DNA from: an uncultured Chloroflexia bacterium
GTDB lineage: Bacteria; Chloroflexota; Limnocylindria; Limnocylindrales; CSP1-4
DNA length: 64,000 bases
Direction of reading: 5' to 3'
NCBI GenBank assembly: GCA_963715085.1
Contig: CAVQQU010000005.1
Location: 163,881 to 227,880 of the forward strand
Shown here: positions 45,310-58,009 of the stretch, piece by piece
Numbering within the stretch: position 1 is the first letter of the stretch
Layout of the letters: each line of letters starts with the position of its first letter
Translations under genes and position numbers: made by a program
Notes under the pieces: model-generated
Database searches by the model: none
Seen by the model: only the letters and a program-made list of their open reading frames with translations
What the model was told of the DNA's origin: nothing

Positions 45310-45704
45310 GTGCTGGTGCCTCCTTGGGGCTGCGGCAGGACGCGTGGCCACGATGGCCAGCCGGCATGGATCGGGCAGACCCGTCTCGCGAGCTGTTCCA
45401 CCGATCGTCGTCATTATGGCGCCCACCGCGCAAGGTCCGGACGGCGACTTCCGAGCCTGCCGGACGGACCGTCTGGGGCAGCGGCCCGGCCGGGCGGCTG
45501 GGGTGCCGTGGGAACCAGGACGATCGGCCTGCACCCGGTCGTCACCGTCCGGGCGCCGAGTCTCGCCCGCGAGCGCAGGGCCGCGCCGGCCCGGCGTCTC
45601 GTGTCCTTTGGGCCTCTCGCCGCGTGTCCCTCCCGTGCTGTAATGACCGCGACGCCCCAGCGTGACCACGCGGACGGCCCGCGCCGCCCGGTACGGAGGA
45701 CCTC

Positions 45705-47041
45705 ATGAGCACCAGCACCGCGCCCGGAACCATGGCCAGCGAGGAGATCGTTCGCCTCTCCCGGGCGCACACGTTCTTCTCGTGGTCCGCCCAGGGCGCC
45801 ATCGACCCCATCGCGATCGACCACGCCGAGGGGATCTACCTCTACACGCCCGAAGGCCGCCGGATCATCGACTTCAACAGCCAGCTGATGTCGGTGAACG
45901 TCGGCCACGGCGACCGCCGGATCATCGACGCGATCACGGCCCAGGCGGCGAAGCTCCAGTACGTCCAGCCGGCCTTCGCCACCGAGATCCGGGCCCGCCT
46001 CGGCGCGAAGATGGCCGAGATCATGCCGGGCGACCTCGACAAGGTCTTCTTCACCCTCGGCGGGGCGGAGGCGGTCGAGAACGCGATCAAGCTCGCCCGC
46101 CACTTCACGGGCCGGACCAAGGTGCTCGCCCGCTACCGGACCTACCACGGCGCCACGCTCGGGGCCATGACGCTCACCGGCGACCCGCGCCGCTGGGCCA
46201 ACGAGCCGGCGATCTACGGGGTCGTCCGCTACCCGGACACGCATCGCTGGGGCGAGAAGGAGCCCCGGCCGGCGGCCGAGGCGCTGGCCGGCCTCGAGGA
46301 CGTGATCCGCTACGAGGGCCCGCACACGATCGCGGCGATCTTCCTCGAGACGATCGTGGGGACGAACGGCATCCTCATCCCGCCCGACGGCTACCTGGCC
46401 GGCGTGCGCGAGCTGTGCGACCGCTACGGGATCCTCATGGTCGCCGACGAGGTGATGGCCGGCTTCGGGCGGACCGGCAAGTGGTTCGCGGTCGACCACT
46501 GGGACGTCGTGCCCGACCTCATGACGATGGCCAAGGGCCTGACGTCGAGCTACCTGCCCGCTCGGCGCGGTGGCGATGCGCCACCACATCGCCGAGGCGT
46601 TCGACACGAAGATGTTCTACGGCGGCCTCACCTACAGCAGCCACCCGGTGAGCCTGGCGGCCGCCCTGGCCACGATCGGGGTCTACGAGGAAGACGGGCT
46701 CATCGAGCGGTCCGCCGCCATGGGGGCGGTGCTGCCGCAGCCACCACGAGGCGCTCGCGGCGAAGCACCCGAGCGTGGGCGCGACCCGCAGCCTGGGCCT
46801 CTTCGGGATCATCGACCTGGTCCGCAGCCGGGACCCGTGGACTCCGATGACGCCGTTCAACGGCACGTCGGACGAGATGAAGGCGGTCGCGAAGCACCTC
46901 CGCGACAACGGCCTCTACACGATGATCGCCAACAACGGGATCCACACGAACCCGCCGCTGTGCATCACGGAGGAGCAGCTCGGCGAGGCCTTCGCGATCA
47001 TCGACGCGGCCCTCGACAAGGCGGACGAGGCGCTCGCGTAG
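45705..47041 (+). pseudogene. Class III omega-aminotransferase (beta-alanine/beta-aminoisobutyrate:pyruvate type); frameshifted two to three times in the 3' third
   Basis: MVADEVMAGFGRTGKWF. The PLP-lysine MAKGLTSSY. The C-terminus GLYTMIANNGIHTNPPLCITEEQL is in another frame. Confidence 0.75.
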
Positions 47042-47098
47042 GTCCTGACGCACGCGCACGCCGCGCGCGGAGCGGTCGCTGCGGCGCGCGCGCGTCGG

Positions 47099-47756
47099 TC
47101 AGCTGATCTGACCCGTCCCGAACTGGCGGTCGCCGGCGTCGCCCAGGCCGGGCAGGATGTAGCCCTCGCTCGTTGAGCTGGCGGTCGAGGGCGGCGCAGT
47201 GGATCGTGACGTCCGGGTGCGCGGCACTCACCGCGGCGACGCCCTCCGGGGCGGCGATCAGGTTGATGAGCTTGATCCGGGTGGCGCCCCAGCGCTTGAG
47301 CACGTCGATTGCCGCCGTGGCCGAGCCGCCGGTCGCGAGCATCGGGTCGAGGATGAGGCAGAGGTCGACCGTCGCGGAGTCGGGGAGCTTGTTGTAGTAC
47401 TCGACCGGGCGCAGGGTGCGCTCGTCGCGGAAGAGGCCCAGGTGCCAGACCTGCGCGGTGGGCATCAGCTCGAGCATCGCGTCGACCATGCCGAGGCCGG
47501 CGCGCAGGATCGGGACGAGCCCGATCCGGTCGGCCAGCTCGTGGGCGTCGATCTCCTCCAGGGGCGTGCGGACGCGGAGCGGGCGCAGCCGGGCGTCGGC
47601 GAGGGCCTCGTAGCCGAGGAGCCAGGAGAGCTCCCGGACGACCTCGCGGAACTTCTTGGGCTCGGTCTCCTCGTCGCGCAGAATCGCGAGCTTGTGGAGG
47701 ACGGCCGGGTGGCGCGGACAGGTGGAGATTGGGCGGGCGGGGTTGCTGTCGGACAC
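47099..47756 (-). pseudogene. upp: Uracil phosphoribosyltransferase; one frameshift near the 3' end (length is not a multiple of 3)
   Basis: [17 protein letters not shown] motif. The C-terminus [16 protein letters not shown] is in a second frame. Confidence 0.7.
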
Positions 47757-47981
47757 GGGCGCGCACCTCGGGCGTTCAGCGGGGATCGGCGCGGCCGGCG
47801 GCCCGGGACGGGGTTCCGACCGGACCGATCCTAGCATCCGCCCGGGGCACGCCGTGGGGCCGTGCCCCGCAGGCACCGCCGCTCCCGGGTCGCCCCCGGC
47901 CAGCCACGGCGCCAAGCCCTGGACACCCGGCGGCGCAACGGCCGCCGCGCCCGGCATCCGTCGCGCTATCCTCGGCCCACC

Positions 47982-49115
47982 ATGCCATCCGCCCGGCCCC
48001 CGAGGGGCATCCGTTCGCCAGCGCCCCCGCCGCGCGGCCCGCGCCGGGCCGCGCCCGTCCTGGCCCTCCAGGTGCGGGGCGAGATCGTGGAGAGCGTCCA
48101 TCGCGGCCACGTCGTGCGGGTGGACGAGGCGGGCCGCGTCACCCACGTCGCCGGCGACGCCGAGGTCGAGGTGACGCTGCGCTCCGGCGTCAAGCCGTTC
48201 GCTCTGCTCGCCCTTGCGGAAGCCGGTGGGTTCCGAGACTACGGTCTCACCTCCGCGGAGATCGCCCTGATGGCGAGCTCGCACTCGGGCGAGGACCTCC
48301 ACGTGCGGACGCTGCAGGCCGTCTTCCGGCGGTCGGGACTCACCCAGGCGCTCCTGGCCTGCGGAACGGAGGGCGCCCCGCTCGATTCCCTCACCTCGGC
48401 GCGGCTGGCCCGGGACGGCGAGCGCGCCGGACCCATCCGCCACATGTGCTCGGGCTACCACGCCGCCATGCTCCTCCTGGCCCGTCTCGGCGACTGGAGC
48501 CTCGAGGACTACTGGAACGCCGACCATCCCGTCCAGGTCGCCGTGCGGGCGGCCGTTGCCCGGGCCTTCGCGACCACGCCCGAGCGGCTCCTCACGGCGC
48601 CCGACAACTGCGGCGTGGAGACGTACGCCTTCCCGCTGGCAGCGGTGGCGCGGGCCTACGCGTTCCTGGCCGACCCGGATGCCGTGCCGGCGGGCGACCC
48701 GCGGCAGGGCCTGGCGCCGCCGCTCCGAGCGATCCGCGACGCGATGGCCGCCCACCCGGAGATGGTGGGCGGGACCCGCGAACGGCTCGACACCTCGCTC
48801 GCAAAGGCGCTCCCGGGACGCCTCGTGGTCAAGGGCGCGGCCGAGGGGCTTCGGGCGATCGCCGTCCTCCCGGACCCGGCCCGGCGCACGGGCGCGTCGG
48901 CGATCGCGGTGAAGGTCGAGGACGGCGGGGGCTTCGACCGGGCGACCTGGGCGGTGAGCGTGGAGGCGTTGCGCCTCGCCGGGGTCCTCGAGGGACAGGC
49001 CCTTCGGGTCGTTGGCCGCTACCATCGACCCGTCGAGCTGGATCCGCACGGGCGCATCGCGGCCGAGACGATCCCGGGCTTCGACTTCGCCCCGGTGGGC
49101 GAGCTGATCGGCTGA
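47982..49115 (+). CDS. Asparaginase-family protein (PF06089-like L-asparaginase II / isoaspartyl-type)
   Basis: Intact [18 protein letters not shown]...[13 protein letters not shown]. The start is uncertain (ATG 47982). Confidence 0.55.
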   Translation: MPSARPPRGIRSPAPPPRGPRRAAPVLALQVRGEIVESVHRGHVVRVDEAGRVTHVAGDAEVEVTLRSGVKPFALLALAEAGGFRDYGLTSAEIALMASSHSGEDLHVRTLQAVFRRSGLTQALLACGTEGAPLDSLTSARLARDGERAGPIRHMCSGYHAAMLLLARLGDWSLEDYWNADHPVQVAVRAAVARAFATTPERLLTAPDNCGVETYAFPLAAVARAYAFLADPDAVPAGDPRQGLAPPLRAIRDAMAAHPEMVGGTRERLDTSLAKALPGRLVVKGAAEGLRAIAVLPDPARRTGASAIAVKVEDGGGFDRATWAVSVEALRLAGVLEGQALRVVGRYHRPVELDPHGRIAAETIPGFDFAPVGELIG

Positions 49116-49194
49116 CGGGGCCGGCGGTCAGCGAGGGGTTGGCTGCGGGGCGGGAAGGCGCCTTGGGGTGCCAGGACGAGGTGGGACAGGCCGG

Positions 49195-49972
49195 TGAGAT
49201 CGGGCGATCGTGACCCGTATCGCACGCTCGGTGTCAGGCAGGACGCCCCGGAGGCGGAGATCAAGCGCGCCTACCGCGCCCTGGCCAAGCGTCACCATCC
49301 CGGACGGCGGGCAGGGCTCGGTCGCGCGCTTCCTGGAGATCCAGGCGGCGTACGAGGCGCTGGTGAGTGATGGCCGCCCAGGCTCCCCGACGGGCCAGGG
49401 AGGCCAGGGCGGGACGACCCCGCGGTCGAGCGCGGCGTGGACGCGCCGGACGCGGCCAACCGGCACGCGCTCGTCGCATCCGGGAACGTGCCGCCGGGCG
49501 GCAACCCGGTGCCGGCAACCCGAACGCCGGCAGCCCGAACGCCGGCCGCCCGCGGCCGGCAGCCGATCCAGACGCGGCCGCGGCGAGCACCCGGGCGTCG
49601 CAGGGCCTCGCTCGGGTCCACCTCCTACGACGACGCCGAGGAGGTCTTCGAGCCGGGCTGGGGTGGCGCGAGCTGGTACGGCCCGTCGTCCGGCACCTAC
49701 TGGACGCTGAACCCTCGCGAGTACGCCGACCCACGGAAGCACGGCCCCGAGTACCAGGCACGCGCCAAGCGGCCGGTGGCTGACGAGCCTGACCGATCGG
49801 GCCGGCCGCGGCCGAGCCCTCCGGGCAGCCGACGGCCGAGCCTGGCGACGCTGCCCCGAGCCCGCCGCCCGAGCCCGCCCCCGGACGGGCCGGCGGCCGA
49901 GTCCGCCACGCAGGGCCGACCCTCCGTCGCCGCCCGGATCCTCCGGGCCTGGCGGCGCGGTACGATCCGCCC

Positions 49973-49976
<4 letters not shown>
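49195..49976 (+). pseudogene. J-domain (DnaJ-like) protein with a low-complexity Pro/Arg-rich tail; frameshifted about twice
   Basis: DPYRTLGVRQDAPEAEIKRAYRALAKRHHPD then, in another frame, GGQGSVARFLEIQAAYEALVSDG. The tail is in a third frame. Confidence 0.4.
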
Positions 49977-52277
<2,301 letters not shown>

Positions 52278-52363
52278 CCCGCGGCCGGCCGTGTGATGAC
52301 CGTGCCGCATTCGTTAACCGTCCGCCAACGCGCCAGTAACCACGGGACCTATCCTGTGGGGCG

Positions 52364-53053
52364 ATGGCCCGCACGATCCTCGTCGTCGATGATGAGCCGA
52401 CCCTGCGCGAGACGCTTGCCGAGGCGCTCGACGCGGACGGCTTTCGCGTGATCACGGCTGCTGACGGACGCGAGGCGCTGGTGCAGTTCCGCGAGCACCG
52501 CCCTGAGCTCGTGGTCCTGGACCTCATGCTTCCCGAGCTCTCCGGGATCGAGGTGTGCCGGGTCATCCGCCAGGAGTCAGACGTCCCGATCCTGATGCTC
52601 ACCGCGAAGAGCTCGGAGGTCGACAAGATCGTCGGCCTGGAGCTGGGGGCCGATGACTACGTCACGAAGCCCTTCAGCCTTCGCGAGCTCAGCGCACGCA
52701 TCCGGGCGCTCCTGCGGCGGTCGGAGCAGGTCGCGTCGGAGAGCCTCGCCACGGTCACCGTCGGCGAGCTGACCGTGGACCTGACCGGTCATCGGCTGCT
52801 GCGCGCCGGGGAGGTCGTCCCGCTCAAGCCGAAGGTGTTCGAGCTGCTGGCATTCCTCGTCCGCCATCCGGGGCAGGTCTTCAGCCGAGAGCAGCTCCTC
52901 CAGCAGGTGTGGGGCTATGACTACGCCGGCGAGACGCGCACCGTGGACGTCCACGTCCACTGGCTGCGCACGGCGATCGAGCCGGACCCGGCAGCGCCGA
53001 CCCTGCTCCAGACCGTGCGGGGTGTCGGCTACGTGCTCCGCCGCCCGACCTGA
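52364..53053 (+). CDS. OmpR/PhoB-family response regulator, RegX3-like
   Basis: Intact 229 aa. Receiver D-D-K residues. High similarity to the RegX3 segment SSEVDKIVGLELGADDYVTKPFSLRELSARIRALLRR. Winged-helix C-terminus. Confidence 0.85.
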   Translation: MARTILVVDDEPTLRETLAEALDADGFRVITAADGREALVQFREHRPELVVLDLMLPELSGIEVCRVIRQESDVPILMLTAKSSEVDKIVGLELGADDYVTKPFSLRELSARIRALLRRSEQVASESLATVTVGELTVDLTGHRLLRAGEVVPLKPKVFELLAFLVRHPGQVFSREQLLQQVWGYDYAGETRTVDVHVHWLRTAIEPDPAAPTLLQTVRGVGYVLRRPT

Positions 53054-53115
53054 CGCCGAGAAGGCGCCGGCAGCCGAGACGTCCTCGAGGTCGTCGTGAC
53101 GACCGATCCGCGGCG

Positions 53116-53730
53116 CTACTGGTGCTTGGCGGCCACCCGCTCGAGGACCTCGGCCGCGTCCTCGGCCGCGTCGATGGTGTCCTCGAGGGCCATGTAGAGG
53201 TCGCGGAACTTGATCACGCGGAGGGGGTCGCCCCCGTCGTGGAAGAGCCGGCCGATCGCCGCCCGCGAGAGGCCGTCAGCCTTGTTCTCGAGGTCGTGGA
53301 CCTGCACGAGGTGGCGCCCCGCATTCTCGAGGTGATCGAGCAGCTTCAGGGCCGAGAGCAGCTGCTCGGCCTGGGCCGCGACGATGCCGGCGAGCTGCCG
53401 CGCCTCGTCCGTGGGCGCCTCGATGCCGTAGATGACGACCGTCTCAGCGGCCTCCTGGATGCCGTCCACGACGTCGTCAAGGCGCGCCGACAGCTCGTGG
53501 ATGTCATCGCGGTCAAAGGGCGTGATGAACGCGCGCTCGAGGCGCACCGCGATCTCGGCGTCGATCTGGTCGCCCGCGTGCTCCAGCGCCTGGATCTCGG
53601 CGACACGTTCGTCGAGGCGATCGAAGATGGTGAACAGGTCATTGAGCGCTCGCGCGGCCAGGAGCAGGTTCTCGCCATCCTTGACGAAGATCTCCTGGAA
53701 TGCCTCGTCGCGCGGGATCAGGCGGGGCAT
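53116..53730 (-). CDS. DUF47-family (PhoU-like, Pit-accessory) protein
   Basis: GGAGG RBS. An all-alpha PhoU-like repeat composition. Intact 204 aa immediately downstream of pit. Confidence 0.7.
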   Translation of the reverse strand: MPRLIPRDEAFQEIFVKDGENLLLAARALNDLFTIFDRLDERVAEIQALEHAGDQIDAEIAVRLERAFITPFDRDDIHELSARLDDVVDGIQEAAETVVIYGIEAPTDEARQLAGIVAAQAEQLLSALKLLDHLENAGRHLVQVHDLENKADGLSRAAIGRLFHDGGDPLRVIKFRDLYMALEDTIDAAEDAAEVLERVAAKHQ

Positions 53731-54747
53731 GGTGCAACCTCCGGGAAGTGCGTCACTTGATGGCGAGATGCGTTCAGCACGACCCACGAGAGCGCCCCCA
53801 TGGTCGCGGCGGCGGGAAGCGTCACCACCCACGCGACGAGGATGCTGCGGGCGACACCCCAGCGGACGCCATGGGCGCCCTTGCTCGTCCCGACGCCCAT
53901 GATCGCGCTGGAGATGACGTGCGTCGTCGAGACCGGCATGCCGAAGTGGGCCGCCGTGTAGATGATCGTGGCCGCCGTCGTCTCGGCCGCGAAGCCGTGG
54001 ATCGGCTCGAGCTCGACGACCTTGTGGCCCATGGTCTTCATGATCCGCCAGCCGCCGGCGGCGGTGCCCAGCGAGATGGCAGTGGCCGAGAGAACGATGA
54101 CCTCGGGGGGAACTTCGATCGAGTCGATGACGCCGGCCGAGAAGAGCGCCAGCGTGATGATGCCCATCGTCTTCTGGGCGTCGTTGGATCCGTGAGCGAA
54201 GGCCATGAACCCGGCGGACACGACCTGGAGACGCCGGAAGCGGCGCGCGAGCGGTCGGCGATCGGCGCGCCGGAAGATCCAGAAGAGGGCGATCATCAGC
54301 GAGAACGCGCCGGCGAAGCCGATCACCGGCGAGGTGACGAGCGGGATCAGGACCTTGTTGACGATGCCCTCGATGTTGAGGGCGCCGACCCCCGCGGCGA
54401 CGATCGTGGCACCGATGAGCCCGCCGATCAGGGCGTGGCTGCTGGAGCTCGGGATGCCGAGGCGCCACGTGATCAGGTTCCAGGCAATCGCCCCGATCAG
54501 CGCCGCGCCGACCACCGCCTGGGTGGTCGTCGACTCGTCGACGATGCCCTGCCCCGATCGTCTTGGCGACGGCCGTCCCGGCGAACGCCCCGATGAAGTT
54601 GAACGCGGCCGCCATGGCGATCGCGTGCGCAGGGCGCAGAGCCCGCGTCGCCACCGACGTGGCGATCGCGTTGGCCGTGTCGTGGAAGCCGTTGATGTAG
54701 TCGAACGCGAGCGCCAGGACGATGATGACGAGGAGGGTTACGTCCAC
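53718..54747 (-). pseudogene. pit: PiT-family inorganic phosphate transporter; one frameshift near 54450
   Basis: GTG start and AFDYINGFHDTANAIATS (the PiT signature). A second signature GSNDAQKTMGII. It overlaps DUF47 by 13 nt. Confidence 0.7.
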
Positions 54748-54902
54748 GGCAGGAAGCGCTACAGACGCCGATGGTGGTCGCGCATGGCCCCAGTATGTTG
54801 ATCTTGTTAACGGCTCGCAGGACGGCTTCGCGCGCACAGTGCCGACAGAGCGTTAACCGCCGGTCGATCTGCCGTTCATCAGCCCGGGCCAGTCTTCGCG
54901 CC

Positions 54903-55382
54903 ATGGTCAGCCAGCTCGAGTCGTCGTCGGGCGCGTCGGGCCCGTTGCGCGAGGGGCCCCACGGTGCTCCGGCGCGACGGCCGGTGCGCCGCCGCCTCGT
55001 GGTCGCGCCGGCGCCATCGGCGGAGCATGCGCTCGCGGCGCGGGCCGACGAGGTCCTTCAGGCCCGCATCGGGCGTCCGCCGGCCCGGTGGCTCCTGCCG
55101 GGGTTCGCCGCGGATGTCGACCAGGTCCGCCGGCAGCTGGGTCCACTCCGCGATCGCCGGATGCTCGTGGCCTCCTTCGAGCGCGAGAGCGCCCGGCTGG
55201 CGGCGCTGCGCCGGCTCGTCGCCGACCCGACCGTCCCGCCCCTCCCCGTGGATCCGGTCGAAGCTGCCTACGCGATCCGCTGGCTCGAGCTCGCCGACGG
55301 CGGCACTGCGCTGCCGCCGTGGCGCGCCTTCATCGAGGGTGGGGTCACCGAGCCCGACGCAGTCGATCCGTCGCCCGGCTGA
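54903..55382 (+). CDS. Hypothetical protein
   Basis: 159 aa ORF with non-repetitive composition (…RWLELADGGTALPPWRAFIEGG…). No family recognised. Confidence 0.3.
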   Translation: MVSQLESSSGASGPLREGPHGAPARRPVRRRLVVAPAPSAEHALAARADEVLQARIGRPPARWLLPGFAADVDQVRRQLGPLRDRRMLVASFERESARLAALRRLVADPTVPPLPVDPVEAAYAIRWLELADGGTALPPWRAFIEGGVTEPDAVDPSPG

Positions 55383-55492
55383 CGAGGGAGGCTCCCAGGG
55401 CCATCTGGCCGGGCCGCAGGTGCCCTGGGCCGCCCGGCGGCGGGGCCATCTGGCCGTGGCGCCGGCATCCACGATCACGCCACGATCGGGCG

Positions 55493-57037
55493 GTGACGGA
55501 TCATCTCGAGACCCTCCGCGCGATGCGGGTGCGGGCGCTGGAGGGCGGCGGCCCCGAGCGCGTCGCGCAGCAGCATGCCCGGGGCAAGCTCACGGCCCGG
55601 GAGCGGCTGGCGCTGCTCCTCGACGACAGCTCGTTCCAGGAGATGGGCGCCCTGGCCACCCACGACGAGACCGAGTTCGGCCTTGCCGACCAGCGCTACC
55701 CGGGCGACGGCATCGTGGCCGGCTTCGGCAAGATCAACGGCCGGCGCGTGGCCGCCTTCGCGCAGGACTTCACGGTCCTGGGCGGGTCATTCAGCCGGGT
55801 CCAGTCCAACAAGATCAGTCGGATCCAGGATCTGGCACTCGAGAGCGGCGTCCCGCTCATCGGCCTCAACGACTCCGGCGGGGCGCGGATCCAGGAAGGC
55901 GTCGCGAGCCTTGCGGCGTACGGCGAGATCTTCGTGCGCAACGTGCTGTCCTCCGGTGTCATTCCCCAGATCTCGCTGATCCTGGGGCCGTGCGCCGGCG
56001 GCGCGGTCTACTCGCCGGCGCTCACTGACTTCGTGGTGATGGCCCGCGGTACCTCATCGATGTTCCTGACAGGCCCCGACGTCGTCGCGGCGGTCACCGG
56101 GGAGAGAGTCACGATCGACGAGCTCGGCGGGGCCGACGTCCACGACACCCGGAGCGGGGTCGCCCACCTGGTCGCCGACACCGAGCCGCAGGCCCTCGAG
56201 CTCGTGAAGCTCCTGCTCGGCTACCTGCCCCAGAACAACAACGAGGACCCGCCGCAGGTCACGCCCCACGATCCGGCCGATCGGATGGACGACGAGCTCA
56301 ACACCATCGTCCCGGACGAGGAGGCGGAGGCCTACGACGTCCGCGACGTCCTGGCCATGGTGTTCGACCGCGACAGCTTCCTCGAGATCCATCCCGCCTA
56401 CGCGCCGAACGCCGTCGTCGGCTTCGCCCGCCTCGACGGGTACTCGGTCGGGATCGTCGCCAACCAGCCGGCCGTGATGGCCGGCGTCCTCGACATCGAC
56501 GCCAGCGACAAGATCGCCCGCTTCATCCGGATCTGCGATGTGTACAACATCCCGATCGTCACGTTCGTGGATTGCCCGGGCTTCCTGCCCGGGATCGACC
56601 AGGAGTACCGGGGCGTGATCCGCCACGGGGCCAAGATCATCTACGCCTATTGCGAGGCGACGGTCCCGAAGATCTCGATCGTCACCCGCAAGGCGATGGG
56701 CGGCGCCTACGTGGCGATGTCATCGCGCCAGATGCGGACCGACGTGGCGTTCGCCTGGCCGGGCGCGCAGATCGCGGTGATGGGGGCCGAAGCGGCCGTC
56801 CGGATCCTGTACCGGCGCGAGGTCCGCGAGGCCGCCGACCCGGCCGCGGCGGAGGCGGCCTACGTCGCCCGCTACCGCGAGGCGTTCTTCAATCCCTACC
56901 GGGCCGCCGACGTGGGTCAGATCGACGAGGTCATCGAGCCGCGCGAGACGCGGCCGCGCCTCATCCGGGCGTTGGAGCTGCTGCGCACGAAGGTCCAGCA
57001 GAACCCACCCAAGAAGCACGGCCTCTTCCCGGCTTAG
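55493..57037 (+). CDS. Acyl-CoA carboxyltransferase subunit (propionyl-CoA carboxylase beta / methylmalonyl-CoA decarboxylase alpha type)
   Basis: Intact 514 aa. GKLTARERLALLLD at the N-terminus and two CT subdomains (GGAYVAMSS...). Confidence 0.85.
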   Translation: MTDHLETLRAMRVRALEGGGPERVAQQHARGKLTARERLALLLDDSSFQEMGALATHDETEFGLADQRYPGDGIVAGFGKINGRRVAAFAQDFTVLGGSFSRVQSNKISRIQDLALESGVPLIGLNDSGGARIQEGVASLAAYGEIFVRNVLSSGVIPQISLILGPCAGGAVYSPALTDFVVMARGTSSMFLTGPDVVAAVTGERVTIDELGGADVHDTRSGVAHLVADTEPQALELVKLLLGYLPQNNNEDPPQVTPHDPADRMDDELNTIVPDEEAEAYDVRDVLAMVFDRDSFLEIHPAYAPNAVVGFARLDGYSVGIVANQPAVMAGVLDIDASDKIARFIRICDVYNIPIVTFVDCPGFLPGIDQEYRGVIRHGAKIIYAYCEATVPKISIVTRKAMGGAYVAMSSRQMRTDVAFAWPGAQIAVMGAEAAVRILYRREVREAADPAAAEAAYVARYREAFFNPYRAADVGQIDEVIEPRETRPRLIRALELLRTKVQQNPPKKHGLFPA

Positions 57038-57045
57038 GCCGAGTG

Positions 57046-57471
57046 ATGGAGAACCTCGGCTTCGGCCTGGCCGTCGCGGTCGTCGGGATGGGCATCGTCT
57101 TTGGCCTGCTCGCGGTCATGTGGGCCCTCCTCACGCTCGCCCTGAAGCTCGAGCATCGCCACGATGGCGTCGGGCCGGCGGTTGCGACGGCGCCGGGCCC
57201 CGTGGACGAGGGGCCCGGCATCTCCGTGCCGCGGCCGAGGGTCGTGCCGAGCGCCGCCGGCACCCACCGCCTCTCCGGCGTGCCCGAGGGCCTCGATCCC
57301 CGGCTCGTCGCCGCCGTCACCGTGGCCGTCCTCCGCCACGCGGAGACCCGGCGCCGGCAGGCCGCCCCCGCCATGCGCAGCTACTGGCCGGGAAGCCTCC
57401 TGTTCGCGAGCCGCTGGGTGGCGGCGGGCCGGATGCGCCAGGGCCAGACTTGGCGGCGGCGGGCGAGGTAG
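57046..57471 (+). CDS. OadG-like gamma subunit of a Na+-translocating decarboxylase (small membrane anchor)
   Basis: The N-terminal TM MENLGFGLAVAVVGMGIVFGLLAVMWALLTLA, typical of OadG/MmdD. 9 nt after the carboxyltransferase gene. Confidence 0.5.
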   Translation: MENLGFGLAVAVVGMGIVFGLLAVMWALLTLALKLEHRHDGVGPAVATAPGPVDEGPGISVPRPRVVPSAAGTHRLSGVPEGLDPRLVAAVTVAVLRHAETRRRQAAPAMRSYWPGSLLFASRWVAAGRMRQGQTWRRRAR

Positions 57472-57474
57472 TCG

Positions 57475-57993
57475 ATGCGCCGTTACACCGTCGCCATCGG
57501 TGACGAGACCTACACGATCGACGTCCACCAGCTTGCCGCCGACCGCTTCGAGGTCACCGTCGGCGACCTGGCCTTCGAGGCGACGCTCGAGGAGGAGGGC
57601 GATCTGCCGGGCGCGCTGATCTCGCCGGAGATGGTGGCGCCCGAGGAGGCACGGTCGGCGCCTCTGCCCCGGGTGATCGCCCAGCCCGCCCCGCCGTCGA
57701 GCCCGGGACCCAGGCCCGGTCCGGCCGCCAGGAGCTCGCCCGGTGCGGAGACCGCACCCGCCGGCGGACGCACCGACGTCCTTGCGGCACCGATGCCCGG
57801 GGTCGTCCTGGAGGTGCTCGTCGCTCCCGGCACGGCCCTGCGTCGAGGTGACCCGATCCTGGTTCTCGAGGCGATGAAGATGCGCAACACGATCCGCTCG
57901 CCGCGCGACGCGGTCGTGCTGGAGATCGCCGTCGAGGCCGGCCGGACCGTCGGACCGGGCGACGCGCTCGTCCGTCTCGGCGCCGCCGGGTGA
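57475..57993 (+). CDS. Biotin carboxyl carrier protein subunit
   Basis: The biotinyl-lysine motif EAMKM in a C-terminal biotinyl domain. A Pro/Ala linker. Confidence 0.8.
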   Translation: MRRYTVAIGDETYTIDVHQLAADRFEVTVGDLAFEATLEEEGDLPGALISPEMVAPEEARSAPLPRVIAQPAPPSSPGPRPGPAARSSPGAETAPAGGRTDVLAAPMPGVVLEVLVAPGTALRRGDPILVLEAMKMRNTIRSPRDAVVLEIAVEAGRTVGPGDALVRLGAAG

Positions 57994-58009
57994 GCCGGGC
58001 GGGCGACGG

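Noticed and set aside
54805-54856. Calling the GTTAAC direct repeats upstream of pit a confirmed PHO box
   Set aside because: There are only two units. They are 46 bp apart rather than in 11-nt tandem, and the match to the actinobacterial consensus is imperfect. This is kept as a low-confidence note inside a finding rather than a feature.
57046-57471. Possibility that the OadG-like ORF is just a spurious ORF between the carboxyltransferase and the BCCP gene
   Set aside because: It has an N-terminal TM helix typical of decarboxylase gamma subunits. It sits in the expected alpha-gamma-BCCP-beta order with tight spacing. It is retained at moderate confidence rather than rejected.
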